A stretch of DNA of 64,000 nt from an uncultured Pseudomonadota bacterium (GCA_949295915.1 CASFNB010000001.1:37565-101564), one strand, 5' to 3'. Positions 19,509 to 28,556 are shown, counted from the first letter of the stretch. Notes: generated by a model not told the origin, from the letters alone. Made by a program: numbers and translations.

Positions 19509-20852
19509 ATGACAAACCAAACCATTTATGCATTATCTACTGTTTACGGTAAGTCTGGTGTGGCAGTGATTCGTGTTTCTGGAGCCGAGGCATTAAAAGC
19601 CATTGAGCTGATGACGAATATTGACGTTAAGAACATCAAACCGCGCTATGCTTATTTTGCCAAGTTGCATAATTTGGATAAAACTGAGAACTTGGATGAA
19701 AGTTTGGTTTTGTATTTTAAGGCACCTAATTCTTTTACCGGAGAAGACATTGTTGAGTTTCAAACGCATGGTTCCAAAGCCGTGATTAGCTCGGTAATGA
19801 ATTGCCTGAGCCAAATTGAAGGTTTTAGAATGGCTGAGCCCGGTGAATATTCCAAACGTGCCTTTTACAATGGCAAAATGGATTTGACCGAAGCTGAAGG
19901 TTTAGCAGATTTGATTGATTCGGAAACATCTGAGCAACAAAAATACTCCATGCGCCAAATGGAAGGCGGATTAAAGAACTTATATGAAAATTGGCGTGCC
20001 GAGCTGGTTAAGATGTTAGCACACTTGGAAGCTTTTATTGATTTTCCCGATGAAGATATTCCATCTTCTGTTATTGATAACATGAATAACACTGTATTTA
20101 AACTTGAAAACGAGATAAACAGCCACTTGAACAGTGATTCAATCGGTGAGAGATTGCGTGAAGGTTTCAGGGTTGTGATAGTTGGCGCGCCCAATGCCGG
20201 AAAGTCAAGTTTATTAAATGCCATTGTTAAAAGAGATGCCGTAATTGTATCTGATATTGCCGGTACCACGCGTGATGCTATTGATGTTCATTTAGACTTG
20301 AACGGTTATCCGGTGATGTTTACCGATACGGCCGGTTTGCGTGAAACTGAAGAAGAAATTGAAAAAATGGGCATTGATATTGCTTATAGCAAAATTCATG
20401 ATGCCGATTTAGTTATTTGCTTGTTTGATGCTTCTGTAGACACTGTTCAAGTCTTTGATAAAATAAAAGATTCATTTAAAAACAAAGCTTTGTTTGTTGC
20501 AAATAAAAGTGATAAATTAACATCTGAACAATGTTCAGAATTAGAAAAATCTGGTTGTTTGGTTATATCAGCCAAGCAAAAACAAGGCGTTGATAAAGTT
20601 TTGCAAGCCATTTCAAAAAATATACAAGAACGCTTTACTTCAAACTCCAACCTTTTGATTACGCGAAGCCGATATAGAGAAGCTTTGCAAGATGTTCTGG
20701 AAAATCTGCAAAACTTTGGCTTTGATAAAGAAATTGAATTGACGGCTGAAGATGTTCGCCTTGCTGCCCGCGCTTTGGGTAAAATCACCGGAAGAATAGA
20801 AGTGGATGAGATTTTAGATAAAATCTTTGGCGATTTCTGCATCGGTAAATAA
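19509..20852 (+). CDS. mnmE: tRNA modification GTPase MnmE
   Basis: G-domain GAPNAGKSSLLN, DTAG, NKSD, and C-terminal FCIGK. Confidence 0.95.
   Translation: MTNQTIYALSTVYGKSGVAVIRVSGAEALKAIELMTNIDVKNIKPRYAYFAKLHNLDKTENLDESLVLYFKAPNSFTGEDIVEFQTHGSKAVISSVMNCLSQIEGFRMAEPGEYSKRAFYNGKMDLTEAEGLADLIDSETSEQQKYSMRQMEGGLKNLYENWRAELVKMLAHLEAFIDFPDEDIPSSVIDNMNNTVFKLENEINSHLNSDSIGERLREGFRVVIVGAPNAGKSSLLNAIVKRDAVIVSDIAGTTRDAIDVHLDLNGYPVMFTDTAGLRETEEEIEKMGIDIAYSKIHDADLVICLFDASVDTVQVFDKIKDSFKNKALFVANKSDKLTSEQCSELEKSGCLVISAKQKQGVDKVLQAISKNIQERFTSNSNLLITRSRYREALQDVLENLQNFGFDKEIELTAEDVRLAARALGKITGRIEVDEILDKIFGDFCIGK
20088..20102 (+). repeat. Exact copy of 15-mer AACACTGTATTTAAA
   Basis: Read directly. Inside mnmE (codons N-T-V-F-K). 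Confidence 0.9.
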
Positions 20853-20951
20853 TTGTCACATTTCTTTAAAATCTAAAAACTTGACTCTCTGCCTGTTTTA
20901 GCTTATAAAACAATCACTATCTTTTATTATTAACCTTTAAAGCATTATTTT

Positions 20952-21398
20952 ATGGAAAAAAGTTTTGAAAATTCAGTTTTTATCGAATTAAAAAATTACA
21001 AAGGTTTTGTCTTCAATCCTATGCGGATTTTTAATGTTTTGTATGACGAAAGTTCAGAAAACAGAACACCTGTGATAGAAGATATAATCCAGAGAGAAGC
21101 TTTTTTGGCATTTACTGACAAGTTGCATACATTCAGAAGCGGTGGTGCTTTTGAATCATTCACTGAGATAAGTTTTGTGAAGAATTCAAAAAGTAAAGAT
21201 TTGCAACAATTGTGTGAGTATTTTGCTGCAGTTGTTGACGATTTTAAGTCAACATACGACGAAGAAGATCCGTACTATTCATATAGTTACGCTGTCTTAC
21301 TTATTTCAATAATCACAGCAACGGGAGGCTACTTTCCAGATTCTTTATTATACAAGTTTGTGCATTTCTGTCGCAAGAATGCCATCCTCAAAATTTAA
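20952..21398 (+). CDS. Hypothetical protein (orphan, 148 aa)
   Basis: Only long ORF in the mnmE-mnmG gap and followed by a strong terminator. No recognisable motif. Confidence 0.45.
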   Translation: MEKSFENSVFIELKNYKGFVFNPMRIFNVLYDESSENRTPVIEDIIQREAFLAFTDKLHTFRSGGAFESFTEISFVKNSKSKDLQQLCEYFAAVVDDFKSTYDEEDPYYSYSYAVLLISIITATGGYFPDSLLYKFVHFCRKNAILKI

Positions 21399-21417
21399 AA
21401 CAGAGGTATATGGATTT

Positions 21418-21448
21418 AAAAGACTGTCTTTTGACAGTCTTTTTTTTA
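21418..21448 (+). terminator. Intrinsic terminator
   Basis: AAAGACTGTC-TTTT-GACAGTCTTT hairpin followed by a T-run. Confidence 0.65.
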
Positions 21449-21527
21449 TGCCTTTTATTGATTTCTAAATTTTTTTGATTATAATGCCGGCAAGAATTAA
21501 ATAAAATTTTTTAAGGCCTTATAAATA

Positions 21528-23375
21528 ATGAATAAAATTTACGATGTAATTGTAGTCGGTGGTGGACACGCCGGCTGCGAAGCCTGCGCGGCTGCTGCCA
21601 GAACCGGAGCCAAAACCGCTTTGGTAACTCACCATATTGATACCATTGGCGCCATGTCATGCAATCCGGCTATTGGTGGTTTGGGTAAAGGACATTTGGT
21701 CAGAGAGATTGATGCTCTTGATGGTTTGATGGGACGCGTGATTGATAAAGGCGGCATTCAATTCAGAATGTTGAATGCTTCCAAAGGTCCGGCCGTAAGA
21801 GGTCCTCGAGCCCAAGCAGACCGAGAATTATATAAAAAATACATGCTTGAGGCTTTGCAAGAACAAGATGATTTGGATATTATCGAAGCAACCGTTGAAG
21901 GTTTAATCATCAATGACAATCAAGTTGAAGGTATCATCTTAGCAAACGGAGATGAAATCAGAGCTAAAGCCACGGTTTTAACATCAGGCACCTTTTTAAA
22001 TGGTGTTATGTTTGTTGGACATCAAGCCACGGTTGGCGGTCGTATCGGTGAAGAAAGTTGCACCGGTATAACACCGTATTTAAAGCAATTAGGCTTAAAA
22101 GTCGGTCGTTTGAAAACCGGAACCCCTGCCCGTTTGAACGGCAAAACCATTCATTGGGAGAAGTTGGCGACACAAGACGGTGATAACCCGCCTGTTCCTT
22201 TTTCTTATTTAACGGATAAAATTACCAATCCGCAGATTCAATGTTATGTCACTCATACCAATGAAAGAACCCACAAAATCATTCGTGATAATTTTGACAA
22301 ATGTGCTTTATTTTCAGGTTTGATTACCGGTATCGGTCCGAGATATTGCCCGAGTATTGAAGATAAGTTGGTCAAGTTTGCCGATAGAACCAGCCACCAA
22401 ATTTTCTTGGAACCGGAAGGTTTGAACACCGATGTTGTTTATCCGAACGGCATTTCCACTTCTCTACCGGCAGATGTTCAAGATGCTTTCATTCATACTA
22501 TGGAAGGTTTGGAAGATGTTGAAATTTTGCGCTATGCCTATGCCATTGAATATGATTATGTTGATCCGCAAGAATTGGATAACAGATTAGCTGTTAAAAA
22601 AGTTCCCGGATTATTCTTGGCCGGACAAATTAACGGTACAACAGGCTATGAAGAAGCCGGAGCGCAAGGTTTGGTTGCCGGTGTCAATGCGGCTTTGTAT
22701 GCTGAAGGCAAAGGCCGAGAATTTGTTGTTGACAGAAGTGAAGCCTATATCGGCGTAATGATTGATGACTTAATCACCAAAGGTGTTGATGAACCGTATC
22801 GTATGTTCACTTCTCGTTCAGAATATCGTTTGTTCTTGCGTGCTGATAATGCCGATCGCCGTTTGACTGAAAAAGGTCATGAAATTGGTTGTGTCGGCGA
22901 ACATAGATACAGTGTATTTAAAGCTAAAAAAGAGCAAATCGAACATTATTCCGAACTCTGCCAAACTTTGCAAACAACCTACAAAGAGATTGATGCTTTG
23001 GGTTTGAATGTCAAACGTGACGGGACCAAAAGAACACCGTTTAACTTGATGAGTTATGAAGAAGTTTCACGTGAAACAATCAATAAACTCTTTCCTGAAT
23101 TAGCTGATATGCCGGATGTTGTTTATGAGGCAATCGAGATTGAAGCTCGCTATGCCGGATACATCAAACGCCAAATGGCGGATATTGAAGTTTTCAAAAA
23201 AGATGAAAATCTTAAATTGAAAGAAGATATTGATTATAGCAAAATTGGCGGCTTGTCACGAGAGATGGTTGCCAAGTTGAGCAAGGTCAAACCTTCAACT
23301 ATCGGTGAAGCTTCTCGTATCCCCGGCGTTACGCCGGCGGCAATAACCGCGATTTTGGGTTATGTAAAGAAATAA
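21528..23375 (+). CDS. mnmG: tRNA uridine 5-carboxymethylaminomethyl modification enzyme MnmG (GidA)
   Basis: FAD motif [19 protein letters not shown], 615 aa. Confidence 0.95.
   Translation: MNKIYDVIVVGGGHAGCEACAAAARTGAKTALVTHHIDTIGAMSCNPAIGGLGKGHLVREIDALDGLMGRVIDKGGIQFRMLNASKGPAVRGPRAQADRELYKKYMLEALQEQDDLDIIEATVEGLIINDNQVEGIILANGDEIRAKATVLTSGTFLNGVMFVGHQATVGGRIGEESCTGITPYLKQLGLKVGRLKTGTPARLNGKTIHWEKLATQDGDNPPVPFSYLTDKITNPQIQCYVTHTNERTHKIIRDNFDKCALFSGLITGIGPRYCPSIEDKLVKFADRTSHQIFLEPEGLNTDVVYPNGISTSLPADVQDAFIHTMEGLEDVEILRYAYAIEYDYVDPQELDNRLAVKKVPGLFLAGQINGTTGYEEAGAQGLVAGVNAALYAEGKGREFVVDRSEAYIGVMIDDLITKGVDEPYRMFTSRSEYRLFLRADNADRRLTEKGHEIGCVGEHRYSVFKAKKEQIEHYSELCQTLQTTYKEIDALGLNVKRDGTKRTPFNLMSYEEVSRETINKLFPELADMPDVVYEAIEIEARYAGYIKRQMADIEVFKKDENLKLKEDIDYSKIGGLSREMVAKLSKVKPSTIGEASRIPGVTPAAITAILGYVKK
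22070..22084 (+). repeat. One-mismatch copy of the 15-mer (AACACCGTATTTAAA)
   Basis: Read directly. Inside mnmG (T-P-Y-L-K). Confidence 0.6.
23063..23078. promoter_or_regulatory. parS-like site AGTTTCACGTGAAACA (one mismatch)
   Basis: 15/16 match to the parS palindrome TGTTTCACGTGAAACA. Inside the 3' end of mnmG. Confidence 0.7.
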
Positions 23376-23377
23376 AT

Positions 23378-23392
23378 AACACTGTATTTAAA
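23378..23392 (+). repeat. Exact copy of 15-mer AACACTGTATTTAAA
   Basis: Read directly. It starts 3 nt after the mnmG stop and abuts the terminator stem. Confidence 0.9.
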
Positions 23393-23424
23393 GAGGCTAT
23401 GATAAAATTTAGCCTCTTTTTTTG
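23392..23424 (+). terminator. Intrinsic terminator after mnmG
   Basis: AGAGGCTA/TAGCCTCT stem followed by T7. Confidence 0.7.
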
Positions 23425-23492
23425 TGTCAGATTTACCAAAAATTAAAGAGCAGATTCTATAATAAAAAAACATTCTGAATATGGAGTCTGTA

Positions 23493-24911
23493 ATGAGTGA
23501 AAATTTCTTTATTCCTGATAGCTTGAAAGTCAACGGCGGAAATCCGATTTCGGGCGACATTAAAATCAGCGGGGCCAAGAACTCAATTTTGGGATTGATG
23601 GCTGCTTCTTTGTTGACCGATGATGTGGTAACGCTACGCAATGTTCCCTATATTACCGATGTTTTGGAAATGGGGCATATTATGCGTGATATTGGCGTTG
23701 ATGTACAATACAATCCGCAAAAAAGAATTTTGAAACTCCATGCAAGTAAAATCGTAAAAAATGAAATTTCGCACCAAGCCGCACATTTCAGAGCAAGTTA
23801 CTATCTTTGGGGATCACTGCTGGCACGTTTTTGCAGAACAAAAGAATTTAATAGTTTAAAAGTTTGCCTTCCTGGAGGATGTTCTTTTGGCGGAAAACGC
23901 CCCACAGACTTTCATGAAGAGTTGATAAAAACAGTTTTTGGCGCAACAATCAGTGTTGAAACCAAAGAAAATGAAAAATACTCCTATTTAAAGTTTCAAT
24001 TGCCTAAAAAAGAGAATAGTGAGCTATGTCCGGTTTACACAACATTTAAATCATCACATGGAGCAACGTTCCACTGGTTATTATCAGTTGCCGGTTCTGA
24101 TAATTGCAAAATGATGTATAACGCATCTTTAGAGCCGGAAGTTTCAAACCTGATTGCTATGTTACAAAAAATGGGTTTGGGCTTAATTGGCAACGAAAGA
24201 ACCGGTATCATTTATGATGGAAAAAACCGCAAATTATTGAAGGGGGTAGATTTTGAAGTTATCCCTGATAGATTAGAGGCAGCGACTTATGCTTTGCTCA
24301 CATTGTCAACCAAGGGGGCAGTTGAGTTGAATGGAATTAATTTTGAACATTGTTCTCCTTGGCTGGGACAGTTGGAAAGAATGTTCTCACGCGGAATTTA
24401 TTATTCAACCGACCGCAAAAAACTCTATTTGGATTTTAGAAAAGCCAAACCCTATGACGGTTTTATCATGCAAGTAACACCCTTCCCCGGATTTGAAACC
24501 GATTTACAACAAATCTGGACACCCATTTTGGCACAAGCCAAAACCGGTTCTGTTATTTCAGACTTAATTTGGCCCGGGCGCTCTGCTCATTTGGTGCAAA
24601 TGGCAAAATTTGGTTTACAAAGTAAGTTTTATCAATTTGATGTAAACAGCGGGCAACAAGGAAGTGTAAAAAACTTATATATCAATGTTGAGCCGTCTTC
24701 ATTTCATGCTGCCAAAGCTCAAGGTACGGATTTACGCGGAACCATGGCGACAATAATGCTGGCTGTCACGGCAAAAGGCGAAAGCATCATCGATAATCCG
24801 AGTTTTGCACTGCGAGGCTATCCAAATTTGTTAAAAAATTTACAAGACCTTGGTGTTGATATTTCTGCATCAACAGAAGGAAGAAAAATTCAAGCTTTAC
24901 CGGAGTTATAA
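23493..24911 (+). CDS. MurA-like enolpyruvyl transferase (EPT family), divergent, with insertion
   Basis: ISGAKNS (Lys22 equivalent), FRAS (Arg91), LPGGCSFGGKRPTDFH (Cys115 loop, Arg120), FETD (Asp305) and TDLRG (Arg397). Start chosen at the second Met (GGAG 8 nt upstream). The ORF track starts at 23481. Confidence 0.8.
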   Translation: MSENFFIPDSLKVNGGNPISGDIKISGAKNSILGLMAASLLTDDVVTLRNVPYITDVLEMGHIMRDIGVDVQYNPQKRILKLHASKIVKNEISHQAAHFRASYYLWGSLLARFCRTKEFNSLKVCLPGGCSFGGKRPTDFHEELIKTVFGATISVETKENEKYSYLKFQLPKKENSELCPVYTTFKSSHGATFHWLLSVAGSDNCKMMYNASLEPEVSNLIAMLQKMGLGLIGNERTGIIYDGKNRKLLKGVDFEVIPDRLEAATYALLTLSTKGAVELNGINFEHCSPWLGQLERMFSRGIYYSTDRKKLYLDFRKAKPYDGFIMQVTPFPGFETDLQQIWTPILAQAKTGSVISDLIWPGRSAHLVQMAKFGLQSKFYQFDVNSGQQGSVKNLYINVEPSSFHAAKAQGTDLRGTMATIMLAVTAKGESIIDNPSFALRGYPNLLKNLQDLGVDISASTEGRKIQALPEL

Positions 24912-25736
24912 ATGCAAAATTTTACCTTACATTGTCACACGCATGCACTTGATTGTTTTGATGGTCATAACGCGGCTGATGAAATGATTAGCCAAGCCGA
25001 AAAAATGGGCTTTGACGCAATCGGTATTTCCAATCATTTTTGCTATCACCCGAACATGATTTTGTGTAGTCCGATGTTTTTCAATGATGAAAACAAAGTC
25101 TTGGATGCGCATTTAAGAATTATTGATGAAGTAAGGTCAGCAGCTGTTGAACATAAAATCAAAGTTTATGTTGGCGCTGAGGTAGATTTCTTTCCTTCTG
25201 CCGTTTGGCGAAATGCTTTTGAACGTCTGATGAAAAAGCTCGATTTTGACTATTTGATAGGATCAAACCACTATATTCGCACGGCAGATGAATCGCAAAT
25301 TTATAACATTTATCACTTAGATTGCTTGCCCCCTAACCTCTCTGCCGAAGAGTTTAGAGAGTTAGTGCAACAACATTGGAATAACGTGGTTTACACGGTA
25401 GAAAGCGGCTATTTTGATTTTTTGGCACATCCCGATTATTGCGTGGTTAAAATTCCTGATGTTCCGGAATTTGAAGAAAACCGTTGGAAGATTATTGAAG
25501 CATTAGATAAAACAAAGATGCCGTTTGAAGTCAACACAAGTGGCTACAATCGTATAGATATGCAACATCCATGCGATTGGATGTTACAAGAACTTTGCAA
25601 AAGGAAGATACCAACATTGTTGAGCGATGATGCTCATTCAACCGCCATGATAGGACAGCATTTTGAAAGAGCTGAAAATCTGCTTCAAAAATTTGGCTGC
25701 AAAGAACGTTTGAATTTGGATTTTCTTCAGAAATAG
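24912..25736 (+). CDS. PHP-family phosphoesterase (HisJ/histidinol-phosphatase-like)
   Basis: HCHTH metal motif, GISNH, and downstream His/Asp motifs (LAHPDY, SDDAHS). Its ATG directly follows the MurA-like stop, so the two genes are translationally coupled. Confidence 0.8.
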   Translation: MQNFTLHCHTHALDCFDGHNAADEMISQAEKMGFDAIGISNHFCYHPNMILCSPMFFNDENKVLDAHLRIIDEVRSAAVEHKIKVYVGAEVDFFPSAVWRNAFERLMKKLDFDYLIGSNHYIRTADESQIYNIYHLDCLPPNLSAEEFRELVQQHWNNVVYTVESGYFDFLAHPDYCVVKIPDVPEFEENRWKIIEALDKTKMPFEVNTSGYNRIDMQHPCDWMLQELCKRKIPTLLSDDAHSTAMIGQHFERAENLLQKFGCKERLNLDFLQK

Positions 25737-25855
25737 ATTCAATGAATATGGTTTAAGTTTTTGTATTTAGATTCTTTTCTTTTTATTTTAAAATATGTGT
25801 TTATAACTGTTCTTTTTGTATTTTAAATTTTGCAAAAAAAATCTATAAATATTTT

Positions 25856-26482
25856 ATGCAAAATTTTATGGGAAAATACAATGTTTCACGTGAAACATTT
25901 GAACTGTTAAAAGCCTACGAAGCCAGCTTGGTTGAGTGGCAAAACAAGTTCAATCTGGTCAGCAACTCTTCTTTACAAGATTGCTGGAATCGTCATTTTG
26001 TTGACTCTGCACAGTTGTTTAAGTTTATTCCGGAAACCGCTAAAACCCTGCTGGATTTTGGTTCTGGGGCTGGCTTTCCGGCTATGGTAATTGCTATAAT
26101 GGCAAAGGAAAAAACACCGTATTTAAAAATAAGCTTGGTGGAAAGTATTGCTAAAAAAACACTGTATTTAAACGAGGTGAAAAAAATCTGCGGCCTTGAT
26201 GTTGAAATTTTGAACCAAAGAATCGAATCTTTGCCTAAAAAGAAAGTTGATGTCATCACTTCTCGTGCGATGGCATCTTTAAAAGAGTTGTTAAAATACA
26301 CGCAAGCTTTTTGCTCAGATAAAACTGTTTGCATCTTCCCCAAAGGCAAAAAATATGCCGAGGAGATAGAAGAAGCAAAAAAAGACTGGAATTTTGATTG
26401 TCAAGTTTTTGACAGTGAAACCAGTGATGAAGGAAAAATTTTGGTTATCAAACACATATTGAAGAAAAAGGGAGGTAAATAA
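25856..26482 (+). CDS. rsmG: 16S rRNA (guanine527-N7)-methyltransferase RsmG (GidB)
   Basis: SAM motif LDFGSGAGFPA and the typical NLVS...HFVDS N-terminal region. Confidence 0.9.
   Translation: MQNFMGKYNVSRETFELLKAYEASLVEWQNKFNLVSNSSLQDCWNRHFVDSAQLFKFIPETAKTLLDFGSGAGFPAMVIAIMAKEKTPYLKISLVESIAKKTLYLNEVKKICGLDVEILNQRIESLPKKKVDVITSRAMASLKELLKYTQAFCSDKTVCIFPKGKKYAEEIEEAKKDWNFDCQVFDSETSDEGKILVIKHILKKKGGK
25882..25897. promoter_or_regulatory. Consensus parS site TGTTTCACGTGAAACA
   Basis: Perfect 16-bp palindrome read directly, within the first codons of rsmG. Confidence 0.85.
26113..26127 (+). repeat. One-mismatch copy of the 15-mer (AACACCGTATTTAAA)
   Basis: Read directly. Inside rsmG, 45 nt upstream of an exact copy. 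Confidence 0.6.
26158..26172 (+). repeat. Exact copy of 15-mer AACACTGTATTTAAA
   Basis: Read directly. Inside rsmG (K-T-L-Y-L-N frame). Confidence 0.9.
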
Positions 26483-27262
26483 ATGCCAAGAGTAATTGCT
26501 ATTGCCAATCGAAAAGGCGGCGTGGGAAAAACCACAACCACCGTTAATGTTGCCACAGCCATGGCTGCTGCCGGTAAAAAAGTTTTGGTTATTGACTTGG
26601 ATCCGCAAGGCAACGCTTCCACTTCAATGGGTGTGAACAAACGCGGTCGCATGTCTTCTTCATATGAAGTTTTGATTGGTGAAGCAAAATTGTCTGAAGC
26701 AATCGTCTGGACGGAGATTCCAAATTTTTCAATCGTCCCCTCCTCTCCAGATTTGGCTGGTGCTGAAATCGAATTGGTCGATGTTGAAAAAAGAGAATTT
26801 CGCCTGAAGAATGCTCTTGCAGAACAAGCAGTCAATTATGACTATATTTTAATTGACTGCCCTCCTTCATTAAGTTTGATAACGATTAATGCTTTGGTTG
26901 CAGCAAATGCCGTCATTGTTCCGTTGCAATGTGAATTTTTGGCTTTGGAAGGTATTACCGATTTGATTCGCAACATCAATCAAATCAAAAAAATCTTCAA
27001 TCCCGATTTGGAATTGCAAGGCGTTGTTTTAACCATGTATGACAAAAGAAACAATTTGTCTCAACAAGTTGAAGATGATGTCAGACACTTCTTTGGTAAA
27101 AAAGTTTATCAAACCGTTATTCCGAGAAATGTTCGCATTTCGGAAGCTCCGTCACATGGCAAGCCTGTATTAATTTATGACTTTAAGTGCCCCGGAGCAC
27201 AAGCATATATCAGTTTAACCGGTGAAGTTTTGAAAAGAGAAAAGGAATTATTGGCATGTTAG
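26483..27262 (+). CDS. parA: Chromosome partitioning ATPase ParA
   Basis: Deviant Walker A NRKGGVGKTTT, 259 aa. Starts directly after the rsmG stop. Confidence 0.95.
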   Translation: MPRVIAIANRKGGVGKTTTTVNVATAMAAAGKKVLVIDLDPQGNASTSMGVNKRGRMSSSYEVLIGEAKLSEAIVWTEIPNFSIVPSSPDLAGAEIELVDVEKREFRLKNALAEQAVNYDYILIDCPPSLSLITINALVAANAVIVPLQCEFLALEGITDLIRNINQIKKIFNPDLELQGVVLTMYDKRNNLSQQVEDDVRHFFGKKVYQTVIPRNVRISEAPSHGKPVLIYDFKCPGAQAYISLTGEVLKREKELLAC

Positions 27263-28245
27263 AAGATAATAAGAAAAAAAGTTTGGGGCGCGGTTTGGGA
27301 GCGTTGCTCGGCGGAGATGATGTTGATTTAGATGTATTGATGGAAATGCCGGTTGAAAAACACCCAAGCGAAAATGTACAACCCCGTAATGTCAATACAA
27401 TTAATATAAATGATTTGCGCGCCGGAAAATATCAACCGCGTACCGAGTTTGATAAAGAAGCCTTAGACGCCTTGGTTGAATCCATCAAAGAAAAAGGAGT
27501 TTTGCAACCCCTTCTGGTTAGAAAACAAGGTGATAAATATGAGATTATTGCCGGTGAGCGTCGTTGGCGCGCAGCGAAAGAAGCCGGTTTAAAAGAAGTT
27601 CCTGTAATTGTTAAAGAATTTTCCGATCAAGAAGCCTTAGAAGTTGCTTTGGTTGAAAACTTGCTGCGCGAAAACTTAAGTGCCATTGAAGAAGCCGAAG
27701 GTTTACAGAGATTGATTACTGAGTTTTCTCACACACAAGAAGCCTTATCACAAATCGTCGGCAAATCCAGAAGTCATATTGCCAACACATTAAGATTGTT
27801 GAATTTGCCGCAAGAAATTCAAAATATGGTAAAAGAAAACAAACTTTCTGCCGGACACGCCAGAGCTTTGGTTGGCTTAGATAATGCCGTTGAGTTGGCT
27901 AAACAAATTATTGCCAAAGATCTGAACGTCCGTCAGGTTGAAGAACTGGTTGCAAAACAAAAAGAACCGAAAAAAGAAAAAGTTGTCGTAAAAAAAGACC
28001 AAGATTTAACCGATATTGAAAATGATCTAAATAAAGAACTCGGCTTAAGAATCAAAATTACACCGAGCAAAATGGGTGGTGGTAAAGTTGTGTTACAATA
28101 TGCCTCTCCTGCAGAGTTGGATATGATTATCGAGATTTTAGATAAAAGCAAAAAAAATATGAAAAATCAAAACTCGAACACTGTATTTAAATCAGAGCCT
28201 GTTGCTCAAAGCAACGAGAAATTTACAATTAAAGTGGTTGACTGA
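27256..28245 (+). CDS. parB: Chromosome partitioning protein ParB
   Basis: LGRGLGALLG, GERRWRAA box and an HTH segment. Carries a non-conserved C-terminal tail that contains a 15-mer copy. Confidence 0.95.
   Translation: MLEDNKKKSLGRGLGALLGGDDVDLDVLMEMPVEKHPSENVQPRNVNTININDLRAGKYQPRTEFDKEALDALVESIKEKGVLQPLLVRKQGDKYEIIAGERRWRAAKEAGLKEVPVIVKEFSDQEALEVALVENLLRENLSAIEEAEGLQRLITEFSHTQEALSQIVGKSRSHIANTLRLLNLPQEIQNMVKENKLSAGHARALVGLDNAVELAKQIIAKDLNVRQVEELVAKQKEPKKEKVVVKKDQDLTDIENDLNKELGLRIKITPSKMGGGKVVLQYASPAELDMIIEILDKSKKNMKNQNSNTVFKSEPVAQSNEKFTIKVVD
28177..28191 (+). repeat. Exact copy of 15-mer AACACTGTATTTAAA
   Basis: Read directly. Inside the parB C-terminal tail (N-T-V-F-K). Confidence 0.9.
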
Positions 28246-28556
28246 TGTTTTTGATAAAATATTTCATCATAGCTTTAATTGTCATCGGCACCTTTGTTGC
28301 CGGTTCATTGGGAATAGGAGGAGAAGACTGGCTTGCCAAAATCGGCTGGGCGCTGTTTTTTATAATCGGTTTTCTCATTCTGAATTTTATTGCCAAAATT
28401 GCATGGCGGATATTATTTTTAATTTTGAGTGTGTTTTTTATGATTTATTTGTTGAGCTATTTTGAAATAATAGAGTTCAGCTTGCCGGGAATAAATCATG
28501 CCACGCAAGAATTGATAGAAGATGTAGATATTAGAAAAGGTCTTACCGAAAAGTAA
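28245..28556 (+). CDS. Small membrane protein (3 TMs), paralogous to the N-terminus of the next gene
   Basis: 103 aa. FFIIGFLILNFIAKIAWRILFLIL resembles FILFLIGLVVLYIFVKMAWRAMGCL in the downstream nuclease. Confidence 0.5.
   Translation: MFLIKYFIIALIVIGTFVAGSLGIGGEDWLAKIGWALFFIIGFLILNFIAKIAWRILFLILSVFFMIYLLSYFEIIEFSLPGINHATQELIEDVDIRKGLTEK

Noticed and set aside
20091-20102. The CTGTAT inside the 15-mer resembles a half-site of the gammaproteobacterial LexA box, CTGT-N8-ACAG.
   Set aside because: No copy has the partner ACAG 8 nt downstream. Most copies are inside coding regions, not promoters. Alphaproteobacterial SOS boxes are of the GTTC-N7-GTTC type.
25760-25835. TTTTTGTATTTAG and TTTTTGTATTTTAAA upstream of rsmG as further copies of the 15-mer.
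   Set aside because: They share only TGTATTT(T)A with the motif and lack the ACAC/ACAG core. In AT-rich promoter DNA this level of similarity is not convincing. I note them only as a possible weak direct repeat.
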